A program made the position numbers and the translations under genes. Shown here piece after piece: positions 54,479 through 63,712 of a stretch of 64,000 bases of DNA; position 1 is the stretch's first letter; every line of letters begins with the position of its first letter. The notes beneath the pieces were generated by a model. It made no database searches, was not told where the DNA came from, and saw nothing but the letters and a program-made list of their open reading frames with translations. The stretch lies in contig OY729427.2 in assembly GCA_963422375.2 (NCBI GenBank), positions 1,760,001 to 1,824,000 of the forward strand, given 5' to 3'. The DNA is from Bryobacterales bacterium (GTDB lineage Bacteria > Acidobacteriota > Terriglobia > Bryobacterales > UBA6623).

Positions 54479-54922
54479 GTGAAGGTCTCAGTATGGAGCG
54501 GACTCCTGTCCGTGCTGATTGGAGGGGCCGCGGCCTGCGGCGGGGCCCCCGAAGGAGAGTCGGGTGCCGCCCCCGAGCCCGTTGCGAGCGCGCCGGCGGA
54601 ACCGGCGGAACTCGACGTGGAAGGGGTGTCTGCCCGGCTAGCGGCAGGCGAGGACATCGTCCTGCTCGACGTGCGCACCCCGGAGGAGCTGTCGACGGAC
54701 GGCGCGATCGAAGGCTATCTGCACATCCCGATTGACCAGCTGGAGGCGCGATTGGCGGATGTCCCCAGGGACAAGCCGATCGTGGCCTATTGACGGCGCG
54801 GCGGTCGGGCCTCCCGTGCGGCGGCCCTCTTACGCGAGAACGGCTACGAAGGCGAGATTCAGGTGGGCGGCATCGAGGCTTGGAAGGCCGCCGGCAAGGA
54901 AGTTGTCCATCCCGAGCAGTGA
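54479..54922 (+). CDS. Rhodanese-domain lipoprotein, probable selenoprotein (in-frame TGA at 54791)
   Basis: Lipobox AAAC, LLDVRTPEE, HIP, PIVAY-TGA-RRGGRASRAAALL..NGY.....GGIEAWKAAG; the domain completes only by reading through the TGA. Confidence 0.82.
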
Positions 54923-55223
54923 CCGGGACCTGCCTCGCAAGGCATTCGCTTGGCCGATTTGGGATTCGTCTAGCTGAGCCGGGGCCTGCAGGGCCCGTTC
55001 GCGCCCCTCCCGGCGGCTGTCGACGCATTCGGCCGTCGCCGAAGGCACGAATCGCGCGTCCAGCCCATCGTCGAGACCGAGCTAGATCGGATCAACAGTC
55101 CGACGGTCGTGCTCCCGTCGCCGGTCCGGCTCGACTGGAACGGACGGTCGAATTACCCCGGCGTGCCGTCGTCGGATCGTGCCCGAAGCGCGGCTTCGTC
55201 CGATTCTCGATGGTCGCCCGCTC

Positions 55224-56325
55224 GCGCCCGCTACGGAATGCGTCGAGGGTCATCGCAGAGAACGCAGCTCTTGGCTTGTCCTGGCGCACTTGACGCTGCA
55301 TGGTGAATCCAGTACCGGCAACCGTCACATATCAAGAGCGCGGCTATTGCCGCAAGTCCGTGTACGCTCGCATCGACTCCGTGCTGGGCTGGCTCCGCCC
55401 GCAGTACAACAAGGTGCCAGCCGAAAGGAAGCAGGCTTGGGAAGACCGCAAGGAGGCGCCGAGCTTCTTCGACCAGCTGGCGCAGGTGGCCGAGCTGCGC
55501 CAGTCGGAGCCGACGAGGCTCGGCGCGGCTTGCTCGCGGCGGCGCCAGGGCGTGGTGTCCCGCGTGGACAAGGTGGCCAAGGCGTTCCTCCTGCGCTGCA
55601 AGTCAGGCGAGCGTCCGGCGTATCCTCGCTTCGGGCCTGCGTCGCCGTTTCGCGAGCTGGATTGCTTCACTCCGGCGAAGCTCTGGCCGCGCCGTAACGG
55701 TCGCTTCGTCCTGCGTCAAGGGGCTGCCCCATATCGTCATCCGCCCGAGCCGCGAGCTGCCGTCGTTGAAGTCGAAGTTCGCGCGCATCACGCGCACGGA
55801 CGCCGGCGTCAACGTGGACTTGGTGTTCGCCGGCGTCGACAAGCAGCCGCTGCCTCCTAGCGAGTCCGCCATCGGACGACGACGCGCTGGGTCCAGCAGC
55901 AAGGCACGCTGGCTGCGGAGGATTTGGGGATTCGGACCATGACTCGTTCGGCCCGGGCACGGTCCACGCTCCGGGAACGAACGTCCGGCGGAAGTCGGGG
56001 TTGGACGGGTCCGTCCTGTCACGGTCAGGGGAAGTGCTTCTGGACCAGGTGGTGTACAAGGCCGAATGGGCCGGTCGCAGCTTCGAGAAGGACCGACCCG
56101 CCGATATGTCGCAGCGCTGCCATCGGGGAGCGCTCGTCGCAGCGTCCCAGGGCCGGGGGAAGCGGTAGGCGTGCAAGCGCTGCGGCTACGCATACGATGC
56201 CGACCTCAACGCTGCGATCAACGTCTTGCAGGCGCTGAAGTTTCCCGCGACAGCTTCCAACTCTGGCAGGGGCCGGAGCGCTGTCTGGAATCGTCAAGGT
56301 CAGCAATTACTCTTCGCACGTGCGG
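55224..56325 (+). mobile_element. tnpB: tnpB-carrying element, copy 2 (frameshifted, internally deleted), with imperfect TIRs and TA flanks
   Basis: YN...ERK.AW, AF..RCK.GE.P.YPRF, EDL, YKAEWAGR, SQRC, DADLNAAINVL; alignable to copy 1. Confidence 0.82.
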
Positions 56326-56577
56326 TAGGATCCGACCCGGGCGATTCGTCGGACGCGGTATTCCACCCCGAGCGCCGTAGGCGCGATCGGGACCGCTTCG
56401 TCAGCCGAGGCCGCCTTCGGCACGGCTTGGCGAGGGAACGGCGGCCTCGGTCGGCGCGATCGCTTCCGCGGGTCGCGTTCGGGCCGAGGCGCTGACAGCG
56501 GGACTCATCCTCCGAAGGCCGACCGGCCCTGCATGGCCGGACCTGGGAGCCTCGTCCCCTGCTGGTATAGTCTCGCC

Positions 56578-57744
56578 ATGCGTCGCAGGCACTTCCTAGC
56601 CGCCTCCGCAGCGGCCGCCGTTCGGCTGGACGCCAAGCCGTCATACCGCGTGGGCGTGATCGGCCACACCGGCCGCGGAGACTACGGTCATGGCATCGGC
56701 GACGTATGGCGTGCCTTCCCCCAGGCGGCGGTGGTGACCGTCGCCGACCCCGACGCGGATGGCCGAGCCAAGGCCAAGGAGCGGACGGGAGCCGCGACGG
56801 CCTACGCCGACTACCGCGAGATGCTCGCCAGGGAGCGTCCCGACATCGTGAGCATCTGCCCGCGCCACACCGACCAGCGGCTCGAGATGGTGAGCGCCGT
56901 CGCCAAGGCCGGCTGCCACACATACATGGAGAAACCCTTCGCCGGGACGCTCGAGGAGGCCGACCGGATGGTGGCTGCCATTCGCGGGGCCGGTGTCAAG
57001 GTGCAGGTCGCGCACCAGATGCGTCGGTCGCCCTTCACTCTCAAGGCGCTCGAGATAATCGAGGCCGGCGAGATCGGCGAGATTCACGAGGTGCGCGGGC
57101 GGGGCAAGGAGGACTTCCGAGCAGGAGGGGAGGACCTGGTCGTGCTCGGGTCGCACATCTTCGACATGATGCGCGGGATCCTGGGCGACCCGGAATGGGT
57201 CTTCGCCCACGTCACCTCCGGCGGCGAGGAGCTGCGCTTCGATCACATGACCAAGCCTAGGGAGCCGATCGGTCCCGTCGCCGGTCGCCAGATGGCGGCG
57301 ATGTTCTCCTTCGGCGGCGGACGGCACGGCTTCTTCGGCAGCAAGCGCTCGAGCGCCACCCACGCGTGGCGCTTCGGCACGCACGTCTACGGGGCCGAGG
57401 GCCGGATTTTTCTCCCGAACGAGATCTACGGCGCCAAGTCGGAGGGATTCGTCCTGCGGTCGCCCGCCTGGCTTGCCGGCAGGGGCCGGCAGTGGGAGCC
57501 GCTGGAGCCGGACCACCGCAGCTTCGGGGACGAGCGCTACCTGACGGCGAACGCGCTGATGGTGGAAGACCTGCTCGAGGCCATCGAGAATGACCGGGAG
57601 CCGGCCTGCAGCGAGAGAGCCGGCCGCTGGACGGTCGAGATGACGCAGGGAGTGTACGCGTCGCAGCTGGACCGGGCCGTCAAGAACTTCCCGCTCGAGA
57701 GCCGAGCCCACCCGCTGGAGGCGCTGCGGGCCGCAGGCGCTTGA
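56578..57744 (+). CDS. Gfo/Idh/MocA oxidoreductase
   Basis: RRRHFL, VIGHTGRGDYGHG, YMEKPFA, GKED.RAGGEDL.VLGSH. Confidence 0.9.
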   Translation: MRRRHFLAASAAAAVRLDAKPSYRVGVIGHTGRGDYGHGIGDVWRAFPQAAVVTVADPDADGRAKAKERTGAATAYADYREMLARERPDIVSICPRHTDQRLEMVSAVAKAGCHTYMEKPFAGTLEEADRMVAAIRGAGVKVQVAHQMRRSPFTLKALEIIEAGEIGEIHEVRGRGKEDFRAGGEDLVVLGSHIFDMMRGILGDPEWVFAHVTSGGEELRFDHMTKPREPIGPVAGRQMAAMFSFGGGRHGFFGSKRSSATHAWRFGTHVYGAEGRIFLPNEIYGAKSEGFVLRSPAWLAGRGRQWEPLEPDHRSFGDERYLTANALMVEDLLEAIENDREPACSERAGRWTVEMTQGVYASQLDRAVKNFPLESRAHPLEALRAAGA

Positions 57745-57747
57745 CTG

Positions 57748-58488
57748 CTAGATCACGCCTCGGCGCCCGCCGCTTCCGGCGAAGCGGGGATCGGCCGGCG
57801 TCCGGCGGTCCTTGTGGAACATGCGCCAGTTGTCGTAGACGACCTCGCCCACGTAGTAGGCGTCCCGGTAGAGGCTGTGCATCTGCGGGAGCTCCGCGGC
57901 GTCGGCGGGATGCTTCAGTTTCGGGCTCAGGATGAAGTCCATGTACGTGAACGCCTTGAAGTTGGCCCCGAAGAACGCGATCCCGGACACTTCGTCCGGG
58001 CACTCGCGACGCATGATCGCGGCCGCTTCCTCGGCATCCGGATCCTCCGGCAGGTCCGCCATGATCCGGTTGATCGCATCGAGTTCGTCGGCGACGGCTT
58101 GCTTGCAGCCGCCGCGCCAGATGCCCAGCCGTTCGCGGAACGCCCTCAGCCGCGAAATGCCGATCAGCCCCAGGACGAGCGCGGCCGCGGGAGGCGCCCA
58201 GCGCAGGAAGGCCCCGGTTTCGCTCCAGTCGGGCACGGCAGCGGCCCCCCAGTAGGCAAGGAGCGCTATAGCGGCCAGCAGGGCCGCGGCACCGGGCCAG
58301 ACCTTCGAGGTCACGACGAAGCGCGGAAAGAAGGATTGCAAGTTGTCGCGCGCGACTGCCAGGGCTTCGCGAGCCCGCGCCGCGGCGTAGAACGACTTGT
58401 CCCACGCCTCGTGAGCCGCCGCGGGAGGGTAGTACAGGACGAACAGCTTGTCCGTCGGCACCGGGAGGCCGCTGAAACTGCAACGCAT
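57748..58488 (-). CDS. Hypothetical membrane protein
   Basis: Coding-like ORF with two hydrophobic segments; start uncertain. Confidence 0.55.
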   Translation of the reverse strand: MRCSFSGLPVPTDKLFVLYYPPAAAHEAWDKSFYAAARAREALAVARDNLQSFFPRFVVTSKVWPGAAALLAAIALLAYWGAAAVPDWSETGAFLRWAPPAAALVLGLIGISRLRAFRERLGIWRGGCKQAVADELDAINRIMADLPEDPDAEEAAAIMRRECPDEVSGIAFFGANFKAFTYMDFILSPKLKHPADAAELPQMHSLYRDAYYVGEVVYDNWRMFHKDRRTPADPRFAGSGGRRGVI

Positions 58489-58636
58489 CGAAGACACCGA
58501 ACAGGACGGCCTCGCCCTCCGGCCCTCGCCGCCAGCGTGGCGACCCCGCAGTTCCGAGAATATCACAAGTCCGGCTCGAAGCCGCGACGGACCCCGACGG
58601 CCCGGCGGCTCCGGGCTGCGACTACAATGCGTGGCC

Positions 58637-59428
58637 ATGCGGGAGCTCTTGCGCCAGATCGAGGAGTGCCGGTCGATCGACCTCGCCCAGCCGTACTACG
58701 TCGGCATGCCGCATCACCCCAGCCACCCGCCGTTTCTGTACGGCCTGAGCAAGGCGCACGGCGACGCTACCTGCGAGGGCGTCAGCGCGGCGGCGGAGTC
58801 GATCGCGCTCGGAGGGCACGTCGGGACCCACATCGACGCCCTGTGCCACTTCTCCCTGCGCGGCCGGCTGTTCGGCGGAGGCGACGCCGCGGCCTCCCAG
58901 TCCCATGCCGCGGGGCTCGCCGAGTTCCACGCCGACACTATCGGGCCGATGTTCCGGAGACGGATGCTACTCGACGTCGCCCGGGGTGAGGGGCGGGACG
59001 TCCTGCCGGAGGACTTCGTGGTGGATGCGGACTGCATGGAGCGGACCGCGGCCCGAGCCGGCGTGGCCGCCGAGCCCGGGGATGTCGTCCTAGTCCGGAC
59101 GGGATGGGCGGCCTACTGGGGCGACGCGGCACGATTCGTCAACGGCATGCGCTGTCCCGGCGTCAATCGCGAGGCCGCGGAGTGGCTCAGCGCGCGGGAG
59201 GTCTTCGCGGGCGGGTCCGACACCCTCGCCTTCGAGGTGCTGCCGGCACCCGCTATGCCCGTGCAAGTCCACCTGCTCGTGGAAAGCGGCAGACACATCA
59301 TCGAGGCGTTGGATCTCGACCGGCTCGCGGCGGAAGGGATTCACGAGTTCGCCTTCGTGGCGGCTCCGCTGCGTCTCGCGGGCGGCACCGGCTCTCCGAT
59401 TCGCCCCGTGGCGCTCGCTCCGCGGTGA
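58637..59428 (+). CDS. Cyclase family (kynurenine formamidase-like) protein
   Basis: HVGTHIDA..H, GDVVLVRTGW, GSDT, H.LVESG.HIIE, GGTGSPIRPVA. Confidence 0.9.
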   Translation: MRELLRQIEECRSIDLAQPYYVGMPHHPSHPPFLYGLSKAHGDATCEGVSAAAESIALGGHVGTHIDALCHFSLRGRLFGGGDAAASQSHAAGLAEFHADTIGPMFRRRMLLDVARGEGRDVLPEDFVVDADCMERTAARAGVAAEPGDVVLVRTGWAAYWGDAARFVNGMRCPGVNREAAEWLSAREVFAGGSDTLAFEVLPAPAMPVQVHLLVESGRHIIEALDLDRLAAEGIHEFAFVAAPLRLAGGTGSPIRPVALAPR

Positions 59429-59546
59429 TTGTCGGCGGGGGAGCGCTTGCCGGTCCGGCCGTCGCGCTCGGGGGGCTGCGGGATCGGCTGGGGGGTCCGT
59501 CGATCCGGTCAAGAAAAAAAAATTCTACAAAATTTGGAATTTCCCC

Positions 59547-59575
59547 TTGCCATCGGCTATGAGATTCGGTAGAGT
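59547..59575 (+). promoter_or_regulatory. Sigma70-type promoter with AT-rich UP element
   Basis: TTGCCA-N17-TAGAGT preceded by an A/T tract at 59511-59542. Confidence 0.7.
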
Positions 59576-59580
59576 AATAA

Positions 59581-59700
59581 CTGCCGGGGGGGCAACCCCA
59601 CCAACGCATACTAATCCTCAACCAAAGACCCCTGAAATAAACCCCTCCGGCACCTATTTCGCAACGCCGGGCCCCTGCGGGGCCCGGCGTTTTTCTTTTC
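59581..59700 (+). ncRNA. Candidate small RNA or attenuator leader
   Basis: Begins just after the promoter; 11-bp closing stem around an A/C-rich interior; ends in an intrinsic terminator; no ORF. Confidence 0.6.
59663..59700 (+). terminator. Rho-independent terminator
   Basis: AACGCCGGGCCCC-TGC-GGGGCCCGGCGTT followed by TTTCTTTTC. Confidence 0.88.
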
Positions 59701-59779
59701 CGCCTTGTCGGGTGCCTCCGCTGCCGCTCGGTTATGCTGATTGGGCTGGGAGCTGATTGGCGTCCCGGCGGTTCATAGG

Positions 59780-60223
59780 ATGAATCCCGCCATGCTTGCA
59801 AGACCGTTTGTCGGCTGGCGCTGCATCGGGGCGCTGGCGGTGTCCGCCGGACTGGCGGGGGCGGCCGGGCGTCCTTCCCCTGAGGAGGCCCGGGCGCTGC
59901 GGAATCCCCTGCCGTACGCGTCCGACGTCGTCCGCGAGGGCCGCAAGACCTACCTGCGCCTCTGCCAGTACTGCCACGGAGCGGACGGCCGCGCCCAGGC
60001 GAACCCGGACTTCGAGGCGCCCAGCCTGCGCGCGCCGGGCGAGTGGCGCTACGGCTCCTCGGACGGCGAGTTGTTCGTGTCGGTGCGGGACGGGGCCGGC
60101 CACGACATGCCCCCGTTCGGCAAGCAGCTGGACGACGAGCAGGTCTGGCAGCTTGTTCAATTCATTCGCAGCATCGGGCCGGAGGAGAGCCGCCCCGCCC
60201 CGCCGGGGCGCGACGAGCGATAG
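59780..60223 (+). CDS. Monoheme c-type cytochrome
   Basis: Signal peptide, NP...G...Y...CQYCHG, DGELF, MPPF...L....W.LV.FIR. Confidence 0.9.
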   Translation: MNPAMLARPFVGWRCIGALAVSAGLAGAAGRPSPEEARALRNPLPYASDVVREGRKTYLRLCQYCHGADGRAQANPDFEAPSLRAPGEWRYGSSDGELFVSVRDGAGHDMPPFGKQLDDEQVWQLVQFIRSIGPEESRPAPPGRDER

Positions 60224-60240
60224 CACGAGGGAGGCAACCC

Positions 60241-62193
60241 ATGTCGAAGCGCACAGCCGAAGGGGCCGCGCCCGTGTCACGGCGCAATTTCGTAGCCCGA
60301 GGCGCCGTCGCGGCTGCGGTAGCGGCGGGCGGCACCGCTAGGGCTTCGGTGACGGAGCGTCGCGACGCCAACATCACGATTCCCGGAGAGGTGCCGGCGA
60401 GCTTGACGGAGGATGCCGCCTCGGCCGAGTTCCCGATGACCGGGGCCCAGGTCTTCGCCAAGGCCTGCAAGCGGGAGGGCCTTGCGGCCCTCTTCTGCGC
60501 GCCGGGCAACTACGTGGTCATCAACGCCATCGCATCGGAGGGAATCCCCTGCTACGGGGGGCGGACCGAAGGCATGATGTGCGCCGCCGCGGACGGATTC
60601 GCGCGCGTAACGGGGGACGTGGTCGCCGCCTCGGGCACAGAGGGTCCCGGCTTCACCAACATGATCATGAACATCGCCTGCGCCAACGCGGCGCGGACGC
60701 CCCTGCTCGTGCTGGCGAGCAACATGACACTGGGTCTCGAGGACACCGAGCAGGGCATCCAGCGGGTGTACCAGCAGCCCACCACCGCGGGCATGAAGAA
60801 ATACGGCAAGCGGCTGATCAACCCGGAGCGCGTCCACGAATACGCCGGCTACGCGTTCCGCCAGCTCAAGAGCGGCGTCCCTAGGCCCGTCCACCTGGAC
60901 TTTCCGGGCGAGGTGGCGCGCCAACGCTTCGAGAGCGCCGAGGATCTGCGCTACTTCCACGACAAGTTCAAATACCGCACCGAGGCGAAGCCGCATCCGT
61001 CGCCCAAGGAGATTGCCAGGGCAGCCGGATTAGTCGACCGGGCCGAGCGTCCCATCATCGTCGCCAGCGCCGGCGTCTTCTACAGTAAGGCTTGGGACGC
61101 CCTCAAGGCCGTGGCCGAGAAGGGGGACGTCGCGGTTGTCGAATCGGGGCCCAGCCGCGGCCACTTCGCCGACGACCATCCCCTGTCCGCCAGTACCGCC
61201 CCGGACGCACTGCTCAGCGCCGACCTCGTTTTGCTCGTGGGCCAGTACTGCATGCCCGGCCTCGGCGAGTACTCCTTCGACCCCGACGCGACACTGATCC
61301 GCATCGACCCGGACGCGGCCGACATCGGCCGCAACCTGCCGGTCGACCTCGGCATCGTCAGCTGCGAGAAGGCGGCGCTGGAAGCGCTGGCGGAGGATCT
61401 GCCGCCGAAGAAGCGCCCGGCTTGGCGGGACGAGCTGGCGGCGGCCCGAGCGGCCTTCGAGGCGGAGAATGACGAGCACCTCGCGCTGGGCCTTCGGCAC
61501 AGCGAGCAGACCGGCTGCGTGCATCCGGCCGTGATCGCCAGGGGCATCCACGACCTGCTCTACGCCGGCGACATCCCGAAGGAACAGACCACTGTGGTGT
61601 CGGGTGGTTACGGGATCGCCCGGTACACCCGCCGCCGAATCCGGGCCTTCCGGCCGGGCCAGATCCTCAACGGCGCCTACCAGTACGGGGCGATCGGCCC
61701 CGACGTCGGGTACACGGTCGGCGCCGGGGCGGCCGTGCAGCAGGGCACCGGCCCGCAGGCCCCGTATCAGGGGGCACCGGTCCTCGCGGTCACCGGCGAC
61801 GCCGGCTTCGCGTACTCCGGCATGGAGGTCGAGACCTTGAGCAAGTACCGCATTCCGGCCGTGGTGATCGTCTACAACAACAACGCCTGGGGCGTCTGGC
61901 GCAGCGGCGAGAGCGGCGGCCGCAGCGGCACCGCGCGGGCGCAGCACATGTACCTGTTCCAGGAGAACCTGCGCTACGAGAAGATCGGCGAGGCTCTCGG
62001 CGCGCGCGGCGAATACGTCACCAAGGCCTCCGACTTCCTGCCGGCGCTCCGGCGGAGCTACGAGATTGCGGCCGCGGAACGTATCTCGACAGTGATCAAC
62101 TGCCAGGCGATCAAGGAGTTCTCGAGCGCCCGGGACTACCCGCCCGGCCACCTGCAGAAGGTCGAGCCCGGATGCATGGCGTACTACCACTGA
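60241..62193 (+). CDS. Thiamine diphosphate-dependent enzyme with Tat-like N-terminus
   Basis: SRRNFV signal, RTE catalytic Glu, [18 protein letters not shown]...NNNAWG ThDP motif; GGAGG RBS. Confidence 0.9.
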   Translation: MSKRTAEGAAPVSRRNFVARGAVAAAVAAGGTARASVTERRDANITIPGEVPASLTEDAASAEFPMTGAQVFAKACKREGLAALFCAPGNYVVINAIASEGIPCYGGRTEGMMCAAADGFARVTGDVVAASGTEGPGFTNMIMNIACANAARTPLLVLASNMTLGLEDTEQGIQRVYQQPTTAGMKKYGKRLINPERVHEYAGYAFRQLKSGVPRPVHLDFPGEVARQRFESAEDLRYFHDKFKYRTEAKPHPSPKEIARAAGLVDRAERPIIVASAGVFYSKAWDALKAVAEKGDVAVVESGPSRGHFADDHPLSASTAPDALLSADLVLLVGQYCMPGLGEYSFDPDATLIRIDPDAADIGRNLPVDLGIVSCEKAALEALAEDLPPKKRPAWRDELAAARAAFEAENDEHLALGLRHSEQTGCVHPAVIARGIHDLLYAGDIPKEQTTVVSGGYGIARYTRRRIRAFRPGQILNGAYQYGAIGPDVGYTVGAGAAVQQGTGPQAPYQGAPVLAVTGDAGFAYSGMEVETLSKYRIPAVVIVYNNNAWGVWRSGESGGRSGTARAQHMYLFQENLRYEKIGEALGARGEYVTKASDFLPALRRSYEIAAAERISTVINCQAIKEFSSARDYPPGHLQKVEPGCMAYYH

Positions 62194-62672
62194 GGGGCGG
62201 CAGCCGCGCCGCGACGGCGGCCGTCGAGGCCCTGCTTCGGGACCGCGCGGACCGCGGCGTCTTCCGGGCGTTCGCCTCGGCACGGCTCCGGGGCAAGCTG
62301 GACTGCTCCTTGGTGTGGCTGCAGGAGCAGCCCTTCCGCGTGGTATTCGACCCTCGACGCGGCATCTTGGTCTTCCGGGATCTGCTGCCGAACATGGATC
62401 GCTCCACGCAGATCTACGAGGACTTCAGGGATTTCCTGGCGGGCCGAGCGGACGAAGGGCTGCCGGCCCACCGTCGCATCGACCCGGAGCGGGTCAGGGT
62501 GCGCGCCTTGAATCGCAAGGCCACTGTTTCGCTGTCGCTGGAGAGTCTCGACGGAGACTGGGAGTATGCCGTCGCCAAGAGCCTGAAGCTTGTCAACGAA
62601 GTCTTCCTTGGGTTCCTTCGCGGGCCGTATTTCGAGTACATGGCCGAGAACTTCGGGGAGCCGGAAGACTGA
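62172..62672 (+). CDS. Hypothetical protein
   Basis: Coding-like ORF overlapping the end of the ThDP enzyme gene; start uncertain. Confidence 0.6.
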   Translation: MHGVLPLRGGSRAATAAVEALLRDRADRGVFRAFASARLRGKLDCSLVWLQEQPFRVVFDPRRGILVFRDLLPNMDRSTQIYEDFRDFLAGRADEGLPAHRRIDPERVRVRALNRKATVSLSLESLDGDWEYAVAKSLKLVNEVFLGFLRGPYFEYMAENFGEPED

Positions 62673-62887
62673 ACCGCCTAGTCTCGCGCAATCCGGCAGA
62701 GCGTTTGAAGCGGCAAGTACCGCTGTCGCCATCAGTGAGACCTTGGAGTGGCGTAGTGGCTGAAAGTCTACGCAGGTGTTCATTGGTGACAGGATACAAA
62801 CGGACAGGCGCAATAGCATGACAAATACAAGAGATTGATCTCTCGCTAAATGCTGAAAACTTTCATTACTTCATCACCCAAGAGGTT

Positions 62888-63079
62888 GATGAATTTCCAA
62901 ACACAACATATAGGGTCCAAGGTCGGAAGTTGCTCAGCCGCCAATCGCGAAGATTTCCGCGCTCTACCCAGAATTGGCAGGATTTCGGACTAGTCGTAGC
63001 ATTCCAGTGAAATCTTCGCCTTGAGAGATTGGACCTAACGCCTTTGTTGTCAATGGGATACGAGTTTTGTCACAGGCAC
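62888..63079 (+). mobile_element. MITE copy 4 (right ~190 bp; left arm diverged or replaced)
   Basis: Matches copy 1 from CCAAACACAACATATAG to the TIR GTTTTGTCACAGGCAC, followed by TA. Confidence 0.88.
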
Positions 63080-63091
63080 TATATAATTCCC

Positions 63092-63344
63092 AATCGTTAA
63101 TCGTCGAGGTCAGGTCGTATTGCTGGTCGCCGCTCTCGATCGTGCTAGCGTCCTTGTCAAATACAAGGACCCGCTGTGCCCTCCTGCCCTGCCTTGACCT
63201 AGGGATGGGCGTGATGAACGAAACCTCCCGACGCTGCTCTAGTATCCGGTTGGTCGGCTGGCGCTGCCCGTCAAGCTCCCAATGGCGGCGCGGTTCCACA
63301 TACGGGGAGTTCAGGATGGGGTTGCCGAAGAATCGATTGTCCAT
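63092..63344 (-). pseudogene. Type III restriction endonuclease (BPTD_3080-like) N-terminal fragment
   Basis: MDNRFFGNPILNSPY.EP.RHWELD..QPT..I...RR...FITPIP...QQYD...IN; truncated after about 84 aa. Confidence 0.75.
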
Positions 63345-63712
63345 GTCGCGGTCGACCTCGGGACACTGGGGCGGACCGATGGCACCGCCCGTCAGGCCAT
63401 GCGGCGGACGGACAGGCTATCACAAGTCTGGGCACGAGGCTCAAGGACACGTGGGCGTTCGTCTCGGCTCGTCTTGAAGGGGCCGCTCGGCCCAACATCT
63501 CTGGGGCCCGTCCGAGGTGGGTGGCCAAGGCGCTTCCGTAGGGGCACAGCGCGTGTTGACGACGGCACGGCGAGATTCAGCCTTGTTGTCGCACCATGAA
63601 GCCGCAAGCGCGGTGTCGGCAAAGAGATCGACTCGAAGCCCGACGTCAGCATCCCGCCATGGACCGAGGCTCCGCGACGCTACAATTTCGGTGTCGTCAG
63701 TCCGGAGGGCCA

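Noticed and set aside
55019..55031. 11-bp inverted match (TCGACGCATTC) to the tnpB element left end
   Set aside because: Too short to define an element; may be a remnant end or chance
59581..59670. TPP riboswitch upstream of the ThDP enzyme (CTGAAAT..ACCC..ACCT resemblance)
   Set aside because: The CUGAGA motif is imperfect and the pyrophosphate-binding GAU...AUGC..GCG arm is absent
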